Assembly: GCA_036172245.1 (NCBI GenBank)
Contig: JAYWIR010000022.1
Coordinates: 2,232,001-2,296,000 of the forward strand
Direction of reading: 5' to 3'
Source: Raillietiella orientalis
Taxonomy: Eukaryota
DNA length: 64,000 nt
Positions 35,446 to 48,800 of the stretch are shown here, one piece after another. Positions within the stretch are counted from its first letter, which is position 1. Each line of letters starts with the position of its first letter. The position numbers were made by a program, and so were the translations under genes. Below the pieces are notes generated by a model. The model was not told the origin of the DNA, searched no databases, and saw only the letters and a program-made list of their open reading frames with translations.

Positions 35446-37037
35446 CTTCACTCTACTTTGCCGCTGGTCGTGCCGACGAGGTTCACGCCCGTTTCGGGAG
35501 ACCACCCCTGCAGCACACTTTTACGTCCGAGAGCATCTCCCTGCCCCCCGCAGCACCCCCACCGCCGCCCCCCGCGCTCAGCGGCCCGGCTAGCCGCCTT
35601 GCGCTCGCCGGAGGCTGTGCTGGGCGCCGGCGCTAGCGTGAGCGGGCCGGCAAGGAAGAAGGAGGGGAGGAGGTCAGAGGCCGCCAGCGGTGCTGCCAGC
35701 GGAGGCATGGCCGCTTGCTGGCTCGCGGGCGCGAGTTCATGGGCGGCGTGTCGTGGCGCGTTGCTGCGGTCGCAACCACGGACACGACACGGTCCGCGTC
35801 GCACGGTGTGGCGCGCTCGAGCGAGTCGCCGCTGGCGCCTTTGGTCGGGCCTTTTCGGAGGGAGAGAGGCGCGGCAGGCCTGAAAGGCGTGTCTGCGTGC
35901 GGTCGCCGGTCGTGGTCTTGGTGGCACGGTGGGATGGGTGGAAGTGCTGGTGCGGGTGGCGAGTGGGAAAGGGTGAGGGCGGGCGAAGGCGCGCTGCGCC
36001 ATGCTGGTGCACGAGACCTGCAAACGCAACCGAGCGGGTCTCGTGGGCACGGCGGTGGGCGAAGGTGTGAGCGTGGCGTGCGAGCAGCGGCCTGGCACGC
36101 GTCCGTCGATGGCCGCTGGTGATCGTCGGGAGCGAAGGGTAAGGGGGCAGCAGTGTCTCTGCGGCAGGCAGGGGTGCAGTGGAGGTGGGGGGGGGGGGAG
36201 GGGGGTCGGCGGCTGTTGTCGGGGCGCGGGTTGCCTGCGAGCTGCGGCACGTGCCTGAAGCGTCTGCAGGGCGTTGTGGGAGGGCCATGGAGGGAGGGAG
36301 GGGCAGGTGGTGTCTCGGTCGGGGCGTGTCGAGCGCAAGCGTGTTGTGTGGGCTGCAGGCGGTTTGGGGGACGTCCAGGCGCGACTGCGGGCTGGGCGAC
36401 GGAGAGTGGGCAGAAGAAGGCGGTGGCATCGGCGGCTGCGCGGCTTGCCGGGAGGCGTGCGCCGCCGGTGCGGTTGTCGGCAGCGGGACGAGGGTCGTTC
36501 CGGGAGAGGGCGGGCGTAAGTCGTGTCGTGTGGGGTCGTGAGGGAGGCGGAAGCGTGGGCGGCAGGAGAAACGCGGAGCAGAGGCGTGGTGGCGGCGTTG
36601 TGGGTGGGCGGCATACACAGGCAGCGGTGCGCGGAAGGAGTGGCTTCCGTTGAAGGGGAAGGGTAGGAGCAGGGACGAAGGGGAAGGCGGTGGTGCGGGA
36701 GAAGGAGGGGACGCGCTCTCCACGTGGCCGTCTCCGATGCTGGTGTGCCCCCTGCCCCGGGTGCAGGGCGTTGTCGGGAAGGTGCACGCCGTCGCGGGCC
36801 CCCCGTTGGCAGCGCGCTTGGCGTTGTTGCGCTGTTGCATCGCAAGGGAAGGGCGTTGCGTCTCCTCGGAGACGTCGGCGGCGAGGAAGGTCTTTGGGCG
36901 TGCGGGGCTGGGATGGAGGGGGTGATGGGATCGTGCCCCGATCGTGTCTTCTTGCGGAGGAACACACGCTCGCCCGCCGCGGGGCGCTTCGCCTGCCGAG
37001 AGGAAGGCGTACGAGAGCGAAGCGAGCGAGCGAGCGT
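35446..37037 (-). repeat. Right arm of ~1.6 kb inverted repeat (in intron 1)
   Basis: Near-identical reverse complement of 16593-18194; the ORF track gives mirrored peptides (e.g. 17509..17916- vs 35715..36122+). Ends 76 nt before exon 2. Confidence 0.97.
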
Positions 37038-37113
37038 GGGCGCACCACGTGAGCGGGTGCGGCAAGTGCAGTGTGAACTCGAAACACTGATGTTTGTTTG
37101 TTGTTTTTTTCAG

Positions 37114-37292
37114 CTTACCCTTCAGATGATTTTGTTGCTGAAAGTGGTCGCTATCATCTGTATGTATCTCTTGCATGTCCTTGGTCTCACAGAGTTATGA
37201 TTACAAGGCAGCTTAAGGGATTGGAAAAAATAATTTCTTTCGATGTTTTGGACTGGGAATTGACTGACGCCGGCTGGCAATTCACTAATCAA
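37114..37292 (+). CDS. yqjG-like: Glutathionyl-hydroquinone reductase, coding exon 2 (catalytic CPW motif)
   Basis: Acceptor ttttttttcag|. Encodes (A)YPSDDFVAESGRYHLYVSLACPWSHRVMITRQLKGLEKIISFDVLDWELTDAGWQFTNQ, matching the family motif GRYHLYVSxACPWAHR. Donor CAA|gtacgt, ends phase 0. Confidence 0.96.
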
Positions 37293-40200
37293 GTACGTTG
37301 ATTCTTCGGTGTTTTGTATACTCTTGAAATGATTAATAGTTTCTCCTTTGCCCAAATGTAATAAAATGCAATCAGTGTGCTCGCTTTGAACTCGGCAAGG
37401 TAAGGCGAATGTTTAAGGTGACTTTGATTTCTGTTGCAATGAATTCACTTGTCAGAAATCAGGGGTCGGTATGCGTAGTGCAAAAGGAGGACACGAGTCA
37501 CCCGTAAGCTTTAACTCGTAAGGTATGGAAACGAAGTGATGGGTTTTGGGGTAACGGCAGCAGCGTTTTGTCAGAATTTCGATCCTCTGTTTTGGGAAAA
37601 GATCTGTTTGTGTTCAAAAATTGAGAAAAAAAAAAAAACAACCCTTGTTCTCTCTCACGGTTGTTGCTTGGGTTGCATACTCATCGCCAGTATGTATTCT
37701 TTCTGGTACATGAGTGTGTGATTGATGGATTCTTACGACCTTTTTTTTGCATCCCTTTCCGGAATCCCATGAACGTGCTGGTAACGAAACAAATGCTTGA
37801 CACTTGGGTGAGCTTCTGTTTTTGTTTTGTAACGCTTCCCTCCCCCTCCCCTCTCCCCCTCCCCTGTGCAAGTGAATTGTTTTTGTTATTTCGTGTTTTT
37901 CTATTCATCTATTTTCTCTTTCTCTCGAGCCTCTTTTTTCTCATTTGGTTTTCGATTACGTATCGGAGGGTGGTCTGGGTGCCCCTGCCTCTTCGCGTAA
38001 TGGCAGCAAGGTGGTAGAATGTTCTCCATGGAAAAAAAGTTTTCCTTCTAGTATTTCTAGATTGCCAACTTAAAGTGGGAGTTTATATATATATATATAT
38101 ATTCGTCTAAATTCTCAAGGATTTCAGTTGTCTCTTTCTCGTCAAAGAGGAAAAGCAAGGATATTGTCCCTCTGGCGTCCAGGTAGATTTTTTAGAACGC
38201 GTTGGTTTTTTTCAGTCCTCCTTGGTCTTCCTCCTTTCGTTGCGGGAAAGCACGGTTAGTGGCTTTCTATTGCGGAGCTCTCTTCGGATTTTGATAGAAG
38301 CCCGGGGGGTTTTCTCAAGTTGATATGTTGACTCAACTTGGTTTTGCCATTACTAGTTCTTCATCTTTTTTTCCCGTCTTTCTTTCTGGAAACAACTTCG
38401 TGAATGGCGCTCCCTTCTAGTTAAGAGAAAAAATGGTCATTGCTGGGCGCTGGTGTTCTTTGTGTTTTTTTTTTCCGTTTCAGAGCATTTTTTCATCTAT
38501 TAGCAATGCACGTTTTGAATCTGTGAGAAGTTATTCGAGTGTCCTCTCCCCCTCCCTTCTCGGAAACGGAGCGTTGATATTCCCTTCTCAGTGAACCCTC
38601 TGATGCTTGTTTTAGTCGATTTTCCGGAACTGAACATTCAGGAATGGAACTCCCTGCAGATATGCTATGCGCATTTCTCCTCTGGAGCATCCGATGCTGC
38701 TGTATTCCGGTATTTGCAGAGGTCCACAGCACGGCGTCGGCACGTTTTCCTAATTGTTGCGAGCTGGAGATTCGATTCCAGCATCCGCATCTTTTTGCCT
38801 TTTTTTTGATGCAGAATTGGGATTGCGCCTTCCGAGCACGGTTGGCGCCCTTTTACATCGTGTACATTCGTATACAGAATTTCATTGCATTCTCAGAACT
38901 AGGAAATCCATTTGATTGAACGAACGTTTAGGAACGCACGTTTCACCGAAGCGTTCTCAGAACCTCTTCATTGTGAGAACGTCTCGAGGAATCTGGACCA
39001 GAAAAACCGTTAAAAACTTTCGTGCGAGGATTTTTTTTTTTTTTTTTCTAGTCGTGGCGCTTACCTGGTCTTCAAAATCCGCCAGCATGCAGCGAATTGG
39101 ATTCTTTTGCGAAAACGCCTCCGCGAGCTTCCCTTAGCAAAAAAAAAAAAAAAAAAAGAATCGCGTGTTTTAACGTCTGAAATGTATTTATCCCTCGTGC
39201 TGAATGCAGCGACGAATCGAAAACTAACGACCGTGTGGATAATTAGCGATCGAATGGATTGCGTTCCTTTCTGGTGATTGTCATCATTTCATCGAAAGTC
39301 ATCATTATTGCTGCGAGATTTCGTTTTTTTTTTTTTTTTTTCCTTTTCCCCCGAGAGGTTCCATTGTGAGACGTGTGTGTGTGTGTGTGTGTTTATTTGT
39401 GTCGCGTGTTCGGCATTGTTGCTTCCCGTTAGGGTTAAGTCATTACAGTCCATTGTTGGGTGCTTGTTCGAGTAATTAATTCCCCCCCCCCCTTCCTGAA
39501 ACGGCCTCCTGGCGTTCTCGCAACCCGTCTGGGGAACAGAAAGCGAGCGACAAAATGGCGGCCGAATCATGAAATGATTTTTTTTTTTGATTTATCATCA
39601 TCATCATCATCAGGTTCGCGCGATTTTCTGCGACCTTTTTTTTGTATCGGTGAGCGAACGGTTTTCTTTTTTTTTTTTGTTTGAACAGTACTCGATTGGT
39701 CAGAGCGAGGGAACTGCCCAATTCTTCCTACAGTCCGAAATCGATGAAACACAGGAGGGGGAGGGAAGGGAAGGTTAGGTTATGAAATACATAACCCTTC
39801 GGATTTTTGCCGAGCGCAACCACCGCTTCGTTCCCGTCGGGATCGATTTTCTTCGGGAGAGGCACGCCGCCACCAGCGCACCATCCGTGGTTGCTGCGTT
39901 TCGCTGCGAGTGGTCGGTCTTCGGCCACCGAATCGGCTTCTTTCCTCCCCAACGCTTCCGTGTTGGCACGTGGCAGATTCAAGGAGAGCGCGAAGCTCTT
40001 CCTTTACTCAAGTCGGCAGCTGCTTAGAAGGGTTTCGCTGCGCGCTTCATCGCGATCTGCTTGCGTCTTCGGCCTTACTCATCTTAGAAGACGGTCCATA
40101 GATAGAATGCCTCAGGTAGCAGGTAATTCTTGGCGCCTCAACTTCGTCAGCTGCTGTAACCATTGAATCTTGGATGCATGCATCGATCATCATCAACTCT

Positions 40201-41628
40201 TCACAAGCTCGATAGTTGGATGGACTCTCTCATCTCTTTACGTATCACCGGAATGTCTTTTTACCAGGAATTGAAAGCAGCGAAGGGAAGCTCATGTTTC
40301 CCGTCCCATCTGCAAGGGTTGCTTATTTGCAGCGAGAGGCAAATGACTGCAGGAGTGTATAGAATCTTCATTCCCCGGAATTTCTGGTAATGAAGATTCC
40401 CTCCAGTTTGCCTACGACCTGCTCCTATTTGCAGTCGTGAAAGCTGGGGATTCGATAAGTGAGGGCAGGTTGAAAATATTGTGTTTATTTACGAGCTCCC
40501 CCCCCCCCCCAAAACCACGCTTGTTTACAGAACAAGGATGCGAATCCAGGAGCACTGTCCCCGTGGCAAGCACTTGCTCGTTGAGCAGCATTCACGTCTT
40601 ACGCTGGTCCTTTCGGACCCCTCACGGCCGGGAGCGCCAGCTCGGACCTCCTTGGCGGGAACCAAAGATCCGTTCGGAATTTCCCTAAATGACGAACGCA
40701 ACTTCGGTTCCGTGTAAGGCACCATGCGCGCGCGTTTGAAAACGACCGGAAGAGCTGCTTCCCCCCCCCCCCCCCCTTTGCTCAATTTTTTTTGGGGTGG
40801 TTCCTACAGAATCGCCTTGCCGTGTTGTTTTGGCCGATCCTTGCTTCGGATCATCATCGGATGCGCTCACGTGTTCGAGGCGTCCATGGTCTCCGAGAAC
40901 CAACGTACATCCCGGTTTCTTTCCCCAAGCATGTCACGGTGAACCGTGTGCAGAAAGCAATGGATTAAATGCATTCGTGTTGCAAGCCCTGCATCGGTAG
41001 CCATTCAGTTGAGTGTTTGCGTGAAGCGCGGTGTTTTATGTGGTGCAGGCAATGAAGTGCACGCCGAAGACAAACCCGAAGATTCATTGCTACGCCCACC
41101 CATTCACCCACCCACCCACCCTCCGCTGCTGCCGAATCCCGCCGAAGGGAAGGCTCCGGGATTCGTTGTGACGTTGCCGGTCCGGACCGTGTGTTTGCTT
41201 CTTCAGCGGCCAAAGATGAGGGAGGGGGGGGGGGGGGAGAGACAAATGTTGATTTGGGTTGCTCGCTTTCAGCAAGTAATTATTTTTGCGCCTTAATTGT
41301 TCTTTTCTGCTTCACTATGAAAACTTCGAAGCTGCGTAAGGAAACCATCGCTCCGCTCCTACACATAAAGATGCACGACCCCCCCCCCCAAAAAAAAAAA
41401 ATGGCGCCACCGTTTGGCCCATTGGCAATTAATCAGCAGGTTTTTCATATCTTGTTGGCTGTTCTGCTTCTTTTACTGCTTCCCTCCCCCCCCCTCGCCC
41501 TTCCTTTCTCTCCCCCCCTCCTCCGCAACCCCCAATCAGACTGCATGATTTTACCGGTGCCTCGCTGTTTTTTCTTGGGCATCTTCCAGTTCGTACTTGT
41601 AAACCACTTTACGGAAATTGAATTCCTG

Positions 41629-41663
<35 letters not shown>

Positions 41664-41779
41664 CACTCACCTACCTAGCTTTCGTCGTTTACTTTTATAG
41701 AAGATGTTTTGGAAGGAAAAAAAAAGTTTCATAACAGCACCATTAGATTACCCGGCAATGTTATTCCCCTATTCTTGGG

Positions 41780-42330
41780 AGTAGACCCCTATTAATCTCG
41801 GACAAGTCACTTCTTTCAAGTACTTTGTATTGCAGTTGTTGCAAGCGCGTTATTCTTCCCCTATCCTTGATGGAGAGCGCTTTTCGTATTTCTGTTCCGG
41901 GAATTCCGTGCAGCTTATTATCCAAATCCAAGAGATCCGAGCAACGAGTGAACCTCACACCAAAGAGTGCTGCATCTTCGGAACGCAAGATTTTAGTTTT
42001 CTTCTTCTCCGTTTTTTCTTCGCGAAGGCTCCGTTCTGTGCGACCTGTGGGGCTGTAGTCCTCTGGTTCCGCCAGCGGAAATCGTGGAGAGCCCATAGAA
42101 GGGTGCCATCTTGCCGGTGTTGTCCAGGTCTTTCCTCTTTAGTCCATGAGAAATTTTTCGACGTGCTCTTCCGTCTTCAACTTGATTGCGCCACTGAAAT
42201 AGAGCAGCCGGTTTCGTGTTTGCGGCAGAAGAGTCACCAGCAAAGCTCTATAGAGTCGCACCTTGCGGGTACCACCCAAACACACGTCGGCCACAAACTC
42301 ATTCGCAATGAAGAAAACAAACAGTTCCGA
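41780..42330 (-). mobile_element. L1/Tx1-like LINE C-terminal remnant (intron 2)
   Basis: CLGGTRKV...LLPQ...LYFSGAIKLK (~FLW.G...KV...LP...Y..A..LK), followed by TRLQQLQYKVLER (~KL...QYK.LHR). Confidence 0.4.
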
Positions 42331-43473
42331 TTACAAAAGGCCGTGCAGTTCGAGGAGGACCCAAAAGTTTGCCACCGTGGTTGTTTCCATGTTACGCTCC
42401 TTTCAGTGGCAGATCAGTGAAACATTCGCTGGTGACGTCAAAACCAGTCGTAGGATCCACCCTAGTATGCAAGCAATCTACACTCTACGTCGAGGTGCAA
42501 GAATCAACGACTGTTAACAACGTGCAGTCATCACCGTTTTTTTTGCCTTACAAAGGTCTTCAACGAGAACTCATATTCGGGCAAACGAAAACACCATCAT
42601 TGCTTTCTAAAACATAGTGCTAATTTAGAGCACATGAAAGAAAGATACGCGTGCAACTTGTAGATATGTTGCATTCCTGCCCGGGTAACGCAAGGAAGAT
42701 TCCAGCAACGGATGGAGGAAACGCTTCCTGCTGGGGTAGAATACAGAAGGGACGGACGGCGCAGTGGCTAGCTGGACGTCGAAACCTGGGAAAGTGGGAT
42801 AGAGGGAACGGGAGCTGGGGTTTCGTTTCTCCACTCGGGCTGGCAAGGTAGATCCGATTTGACCATGTGGAGAGTTTAGCAGAAGTGTGGCTGATTGAAG
42901 ATCAACTGGGGTGATTCTATGAGGCTGCTGCTCCTCTGAGCATTCGGGAAACCGAAAGGGGTTGCCGGGTGAAATGAGCCGTGTCTTCCTCGCTTCCAGA
43001 AGGCAAACCAGGATCCTGAGGCAGACGCACGTGGAACTTTGTTCTCTCCGCGTTGCCTTATCTTCCTTTCTCTTTCCGTCAATCGATCCCTCCCCCCTCT
43101 TACGTGTACCTGGTCACAACCTGGCAACTTTCTTAATTGTGTCTCATCGTCTTGCATCTCCCTCGTTTTGTCCTGCCGAGGGGACGGCACACAAATCCAT
43201 AGGTGTGTTTTGCTCCACGTACAACGATCGTTGGTTTGAGGTCTGCAGGAAAACTTCAGCCGTTTAGGTCCAAGTTTTGCAAGTGAAGGAAAAGGAAAAG
43301 GGGTGGGGGGAGGGGTGAAGTAATTTGAACTCTTGATTGGAACACATTTGATTTCTCTTGAAGACCGATTTTCAAATTGCCTATTTTTTTTTTTTTTTTT
43401 TCCCCTTTTCTTTCGGTTAACCCCCACGTCGAGTCAGCAAACTTCTCGCCGACGCTTACCTGAATCCGTTTTT

Positions 43474-43478
<5 letters not shown>

Positions 43479-43504
<26 letters not shown>
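43479..43504. repeat. (CT)13 microsatellite
   Basis: Read directly from the sequence. Confidence 0.95.
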
Positions 43505-43508
<4 letters not shown>

Positions 43509-43971
43509 GCGCATATGAATTTGCGGAATTTCATTCATGACCGTCATTTCCCTCACCTTTTTATTGATCTCCCAATCAAAATTACCGCGGGGTTGCACTC
43601 ATTCGGGGGGTTGTAAACGGTGTATTGACGGTGGGTTCCATGGTTGTTGTTGTTTGTTCTTCCCCTCAATGTTGAAGCGTCTTCTTGCATGAATGTTCGC
43701 GGGTTGCTGCTGCTTTCCGTGTGGTCGACGTGTCCACCCCCCGTGTCCCGAATGCCCACTGCCCAGTGTCGTAATGAGCAGCCGAGTTGGGCCACCACCC
43801 ATCCTGTGGAATCTTAAGTGATTGGTGGAATTTTCGCTAAGTTTGTTTGTTTGTTTGTTTTTTCCCCCCGTTGATGATTCTGATGTCGTTGATGAAGCAC
43901 ATGTAATGTTAAGAAAAAAAAAAAGTGTCACTCCTTTTCACGTTTCTAAACTTTCAAAATTTGTGTTTTAG

Positions 43972-44243
43972 CCAGATCGCGGTACTATTGATTCTGTTAA
44001 CCATACAAAATATCTAAAAGAAGTATATGAACTTGCTGATCCATGTTATAGTGGCAGAATCACAGTTCCTGTACTTTGGGATAAGAAAACCAAAACAATA
44101 GTGAACAACGATTCAGGAGACATAATGCGTATGTTAAATAGTGAATTCAATAAGTTCTGTACGACAGAAGAACAGCGTCATATCGATTTATATCCGGAAA
44201 GTGAAAGAGACAAAATTAACAAATTCAGTGAGTGGATTCAAGA
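43972..44243 (+). CDS. yqjG-like: Glutathionyl-hydroquinone reductase, coding exon 3 (absent from the ORF track)
   Basis: Acceptor gtgttttag|. Encodes PDRGTIDSVNHTKYLKEVYELADPCYSGRITVPVLWDKKTKTIVNNDSGDIMRMLNSEFNKFCTTEEQRHIDLYPESERDKINKFSEWIQ, matching TVPVLWDKK..TIVNNES and DLYP. Donor GA|gtgagt, 272 nt, ends phase 2. Confidence 0.96.
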
Positions 44244-45149
44244 GTGAGTTCATTAAGTGCTGTTTCATATGATTTGTTGTTTTTTTCGTTTTGTTTTGTT
44301 TTGCTATTCCTTAAAAATATTTTCTTCCAGTAATCAATATGAGGTTTGTTTTCTACCAAAAGTACACGCAGGAATGCATCCCGGAATTTTTGTTCCAGTT
44401 TTGCCTTTTCAGAAAAGTCTTTCTTTTGGATTCCGCTTAGTGCCATCATGTGTGACAGCTGCTGCCGCCTTTTTTCCTCTCTCTCCACCCTCCCCCCCCC
44501 ACCCACTTTATTAAAGTGTATGTTACTGTTAACACTGTCAGTGTTTTCGAAATTGAAAGTAATTCGTAGCAGCGCAGCAGTGCAGATTTGATCAACAGAT
44601 GTGTATAATGTTGCCATTGCCAGCAAGCGATGCAGCATCTCATGTATGCATCGCTACATCTTGAGGAAACTCTCGCATTCAGCTACCTCGGAAGAATCTC
44701 TCTCTTTTTTTTTCCTTTCCTTTCTTTGCCAAACCCCCCTTTAGCTCAAGCAAACGTTTGCGTTCCCATTCCTACCGATCCCCCTCACGCAGGAGAGGCA
44801 ATTGCTAACGATTCTGTCTTCCGTTTTTTTTTTTTTTCTTCCTTCAAGTTTTGGACATCAGCTACCATTTCAGCAGGGGTGTGTCGGCTGTGTGCATTTC
44901 GTGCTGACATTTTCATACCCGGGTAGCTTTCCTGCAGGTCATCTACAGCCGCTTCAGCTTCTATTTTCGTAAAGTTTTGAGCTATCATGGCACTGGCATA
45001 CATTTCATGGGTTTTTCTTTCTTTTTTTCTTTCTTTTTTTTTTTTTAATGCTTCACTGAAATGTGGACGTGCGAAGTGCAAGAAGATCGTTTCCAAGAGT
45101 ACGTGCCGAATGGTAAATTTATCCGCATGATCATCATCATCATCTCACC

Positions 45150-45780
45150 TTCTGGACGAAGAGTTTTTCAGTGAGTGCTTCGTGCTGGCAGGACGAAAGA
45201 TGGTTTCCCCCCTGCTCTTTACGTTGCTTCCTATGCCTGACGGAATTATAGAAGCTGTGTGCTGAAGAAAAAAGGAAAAAATCAATTCTCAGTGTAGCAT
45301 GCTCCTCACTGACTATTATTTTTTCATGGTTGAGCACCTGCAATGTCTTCAAAATTCGTGTAAGTCTCCTGTTGTTGACGGTTCGGCTGTGCTGTTTAAT
45401 ATTCATTGCTCAAACAGAGGAGCTTCCGAGGTCCTTATCTGCTGCTCTCCCTTGTTTACACACCCTAAAAATGCGACAACCTTGCCATCTCCACAATCTG
45501 CTGTCCGATTTCCGCGTCATTCACCCTTGCCATCGAAAGTCGCGATGGTCACGTCGGTGCCGTACATCTTTGCACCCGCTGGGCTTCTGGTTTCTGACGT
45601 TCCCTGCGTCCTGCGCCTCGCTGCTAGCCCCACCCCGACATTCCCATCCCCTTCGCACCCTTGACGTTCAAAATATCCGTCTGTCCCTCTGCGATTTCCT
45701 CCCTTTGACTAGTAAGAAAAGATGCTGTATCACATCTCATGCCTCGGATGTTCATTCTCACTGTAGCGATTTTTGATGCG

Positions 45781-45815
<35 letters not shown>

Positions 45816-48800
45816 AAAACACAGGGGTACACCTGCACGTGTGATGTAAGTATGTGAGATGTATTCCTTGGACACAGGAAATTACTTTCGGAGAGCGCCT
45901 GCCTATGGTACATGTACTAACAGAACTTGGAGCATAGCATGTATGAATGGATGAGAAAATTAGTTGTTCAAGTGTAGCATGACATATATACATTACGCAC
46001 TTGCGTGTTTTTCATGAAACGATCTCAGTTCCTATCTGCTGGCGGCGTGCTGTTGGCAGATGGAAAACTCCATCGGAAAAATGGCTCTCTTGCCATAAAC
46101 TGTGCGCCATCACCTATGTAACTTTCCTTTCCTGATATGTACTCCCAAGTCTCTGGAAGAGGAGGCAGAGCTCGCTTGTAAACGCAGCCGGAATCATTTG
46201 ATGCCACGAGCGATAAAAAACGGGGAAGGGGGGATTCTGGGTCTTTCACATTATCAAAGGTGCTTCCATGAAGTCCTAACATTTCGAAGCACTCAACCGT
46301 CAAAGAGTTCGCCTTTGATGTTGCATTCCGAACCCAGGATTCCTCTCTTTGGAGAAATCAACCCATTCCCACTCGATCCACATTCCCTCCCTCGTTTCGG
46401 TGTTCGCATTTGTGGAACTTTCAACTCCCATGCGATCCTTCTGCGTGCTCTGGACCAATTACGCAGGAATGGTGATGTGAAGATCTTTTAGTGCTCCCAC
46501 TGTGGATGCTAATTTGCCTCCAGCACCTGTTTGTTTCCAGGAGATTCTTCTTCAATGCCGAAAATTCTCAATCTCTCTCCAGTCATGTAATGCCGTTTTC
46601 CACGTTAGCAGGGATTCTGACCTAATTGTTCCACTAGCCCGCCTCTCCCATTTCATCCCAGAACCCTCCTCCCTTGGTTTCCTTCCCCCGCGAGGCTACG
46701 CACTGTAAGATGTGTAGTTCGTCCTCGCTGTGTTCCTCTCTCGGTGTTCCGCCCCGCGGAGATTTCCCAGGATGGGAAGTGAAATGCGGAGAGGAATCGG
46801 AGCAATTTGGCAAGCGTATCCTCGGTCCTTTTCGCCTCACTGCCCTCGGAGAATGGTCCACTATGGATCACACGATCCCCAGCCTGTACACAACTCCGTT
46901 TCATCGGGATGACGAAGTACTTAGGAATGCAAACGTTTTCATTTATCGGGGAGTGGACTTTAGGATCGCATCGATCGGCTCGCACTGTGGTGTTTTTGGG
47001 GCGGGGATGGGGTGGGGGGCGCCTATTCGGTGTATTCGATTCTTATGCCACTAGGTCGCAAAAGCTGGTTCGTTTATAAGAACTGAAAACATACCTTCTT
47101 TTTCTTTTCCTTCCTCTTCTTCCCTTTTTTTTTTTTTTTCTTAAGAAAGCAAAAACATTCTTCTCAAAAAGTAACTCACCGGAAGGTCGTTTAAGGAGCC
47201 CCAGGAATGTTTCGTTGATTCGCGTCGGGAATTTGATTACAGCCATTCGGGTTCGAAAAATAGAAGGTCGCTTTTGGAGATTTATGGAATTCAATCGCGG
47301 CCGCTTGCGCTTTCTATGGAAAAAGTCGACGGACTTGTAGTTTTTTTTTTTTTTTCTTTTTCGAAACGCGCGGCGGGGTTTTTTTAATTCGAGATTATAA
47401 GAAGCGACGACTGCATTGAGAACTCTCGACAGATGGGGAGGCGTCAGATTCATTCCTGCCACTAATAACTGCCATCATCAATAGTTGATTCGGGATCAGT
47501 GATTGATTTTCCCTAACTGCCGTCTCCTCCCCAAGAGATCACTGGCTCCACCCAAACGACAGTCAGCTCCCTGCGCATTATGCTCGAGGACACACCATAG
47601 CGCAGAAGTCGAAATACACCTGCACATCATAAACAATCGTGTACACTTCAAAGTGAAAGCTGTAGCCCCCCCCCCCCTTCCTCAAGAGACAAAAAAAAAA
47701 AAAAACGGCAAGTCAGGAGAACCCGTGTCCAGTTTGTACGTACGGTCCAGTGAATTCCGCACCTCGCAGAGCTGCCACCATTCTTTTCCGTCAACAAAAA
47801 AAAGAGAGAGAAAGAGTCGAGTGAAAGAGCCGGTTGCTGGTCACTCTCTGGTGTGCTGGAAAAGGGGGAGGATTCCCTTTCCGATGTGTTTCGGGCGAGC
47901 TGAGACCATTCCAGAGGCTTGTGAGACCGGCTCTCCTAATTGAGGATGCGTGGACCACACACGCTCCCCCATCAACTTGTCGGTAACGTTTCGATTCGGT
48001 GCTTGAAGCCATGCTCGATGGATAACCCGGGGCCCGGCCTGGAATACAGAGTGGCTTTTCACAAGCGACATCAGTCCAGTTGATGGCCTTTCTCTAATCT
48101 GATTTCCGACTTTTCGAAGATGCCCGCTGTCAAAGCGCTGCGAAGAACAGTGTCTTTGCCTTGCTTGTAAATGGAGTCCTGGATTCCCTTTTTTCTCATG
48201 TCTTCGGACGACGGCAATCATAAAATACATCAGCAGCCTTCTTTGGGATCATCGTTCATTCATCGGATGAGCCATTTAATTCTGGACAATTCGCTGTTGA
48301 ACCGCATAATGGAATTGCCTTGCGAGGTTTTGGCTTTTCCTGATCGTCTGCAGTTTAATGAATGCCCGTGCAGCGGATGTGCTAATCGTGCCGAATTGAT
48401 TTTTGATAGGTTGAGGTCACAGGGAACAGGGTGACCTCAGGAACAATATTAGCAGGGGACTCTTATTTCTTTCCTCATTTTTATTCGTTCCTTGATCTTG
48501 TATTCCACAACTAGAACTTGCGAGATGTGTGTGCTTGTGGGATCTCCTGAACTAGTGAGCGGACTTCCTCTTCCTCCTCTTTTTGGAATGCAGCCCCTTC
48601 TTTGCCCTTTGCAAATCGTCCATTTTCTTTTACCGACTGCTTTTCGCTCGCATGTACAGCATGCGTCGAACGCCTGGTCGTGAAGGGAAAAAGCACTGCA
48701 CCGAGATGTTACGAAATGGTAACCAAGTGCTTGCGGGCTTCGTGACCACTCTCGCTCAAGTGCGCGAATGTGGAAACTCAGCCGTAGAAAGCAAGGCAAA

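Noticed and set aside
16593..37037. Giant DNA transposon (Polinton/Maverick or foldback) with 1.6-kb TIRs
   Set aside because: No polymerase, integrase, capsid or intact transposase inside, no target-site duplication, the left arm is continuous with an external L2 fossil, and the interior contains host promoter and exon 1.
39990..40450. Possible DDE transposase fragment on the minus strand
   Set aside because: No collinear motif set could be established by eye.
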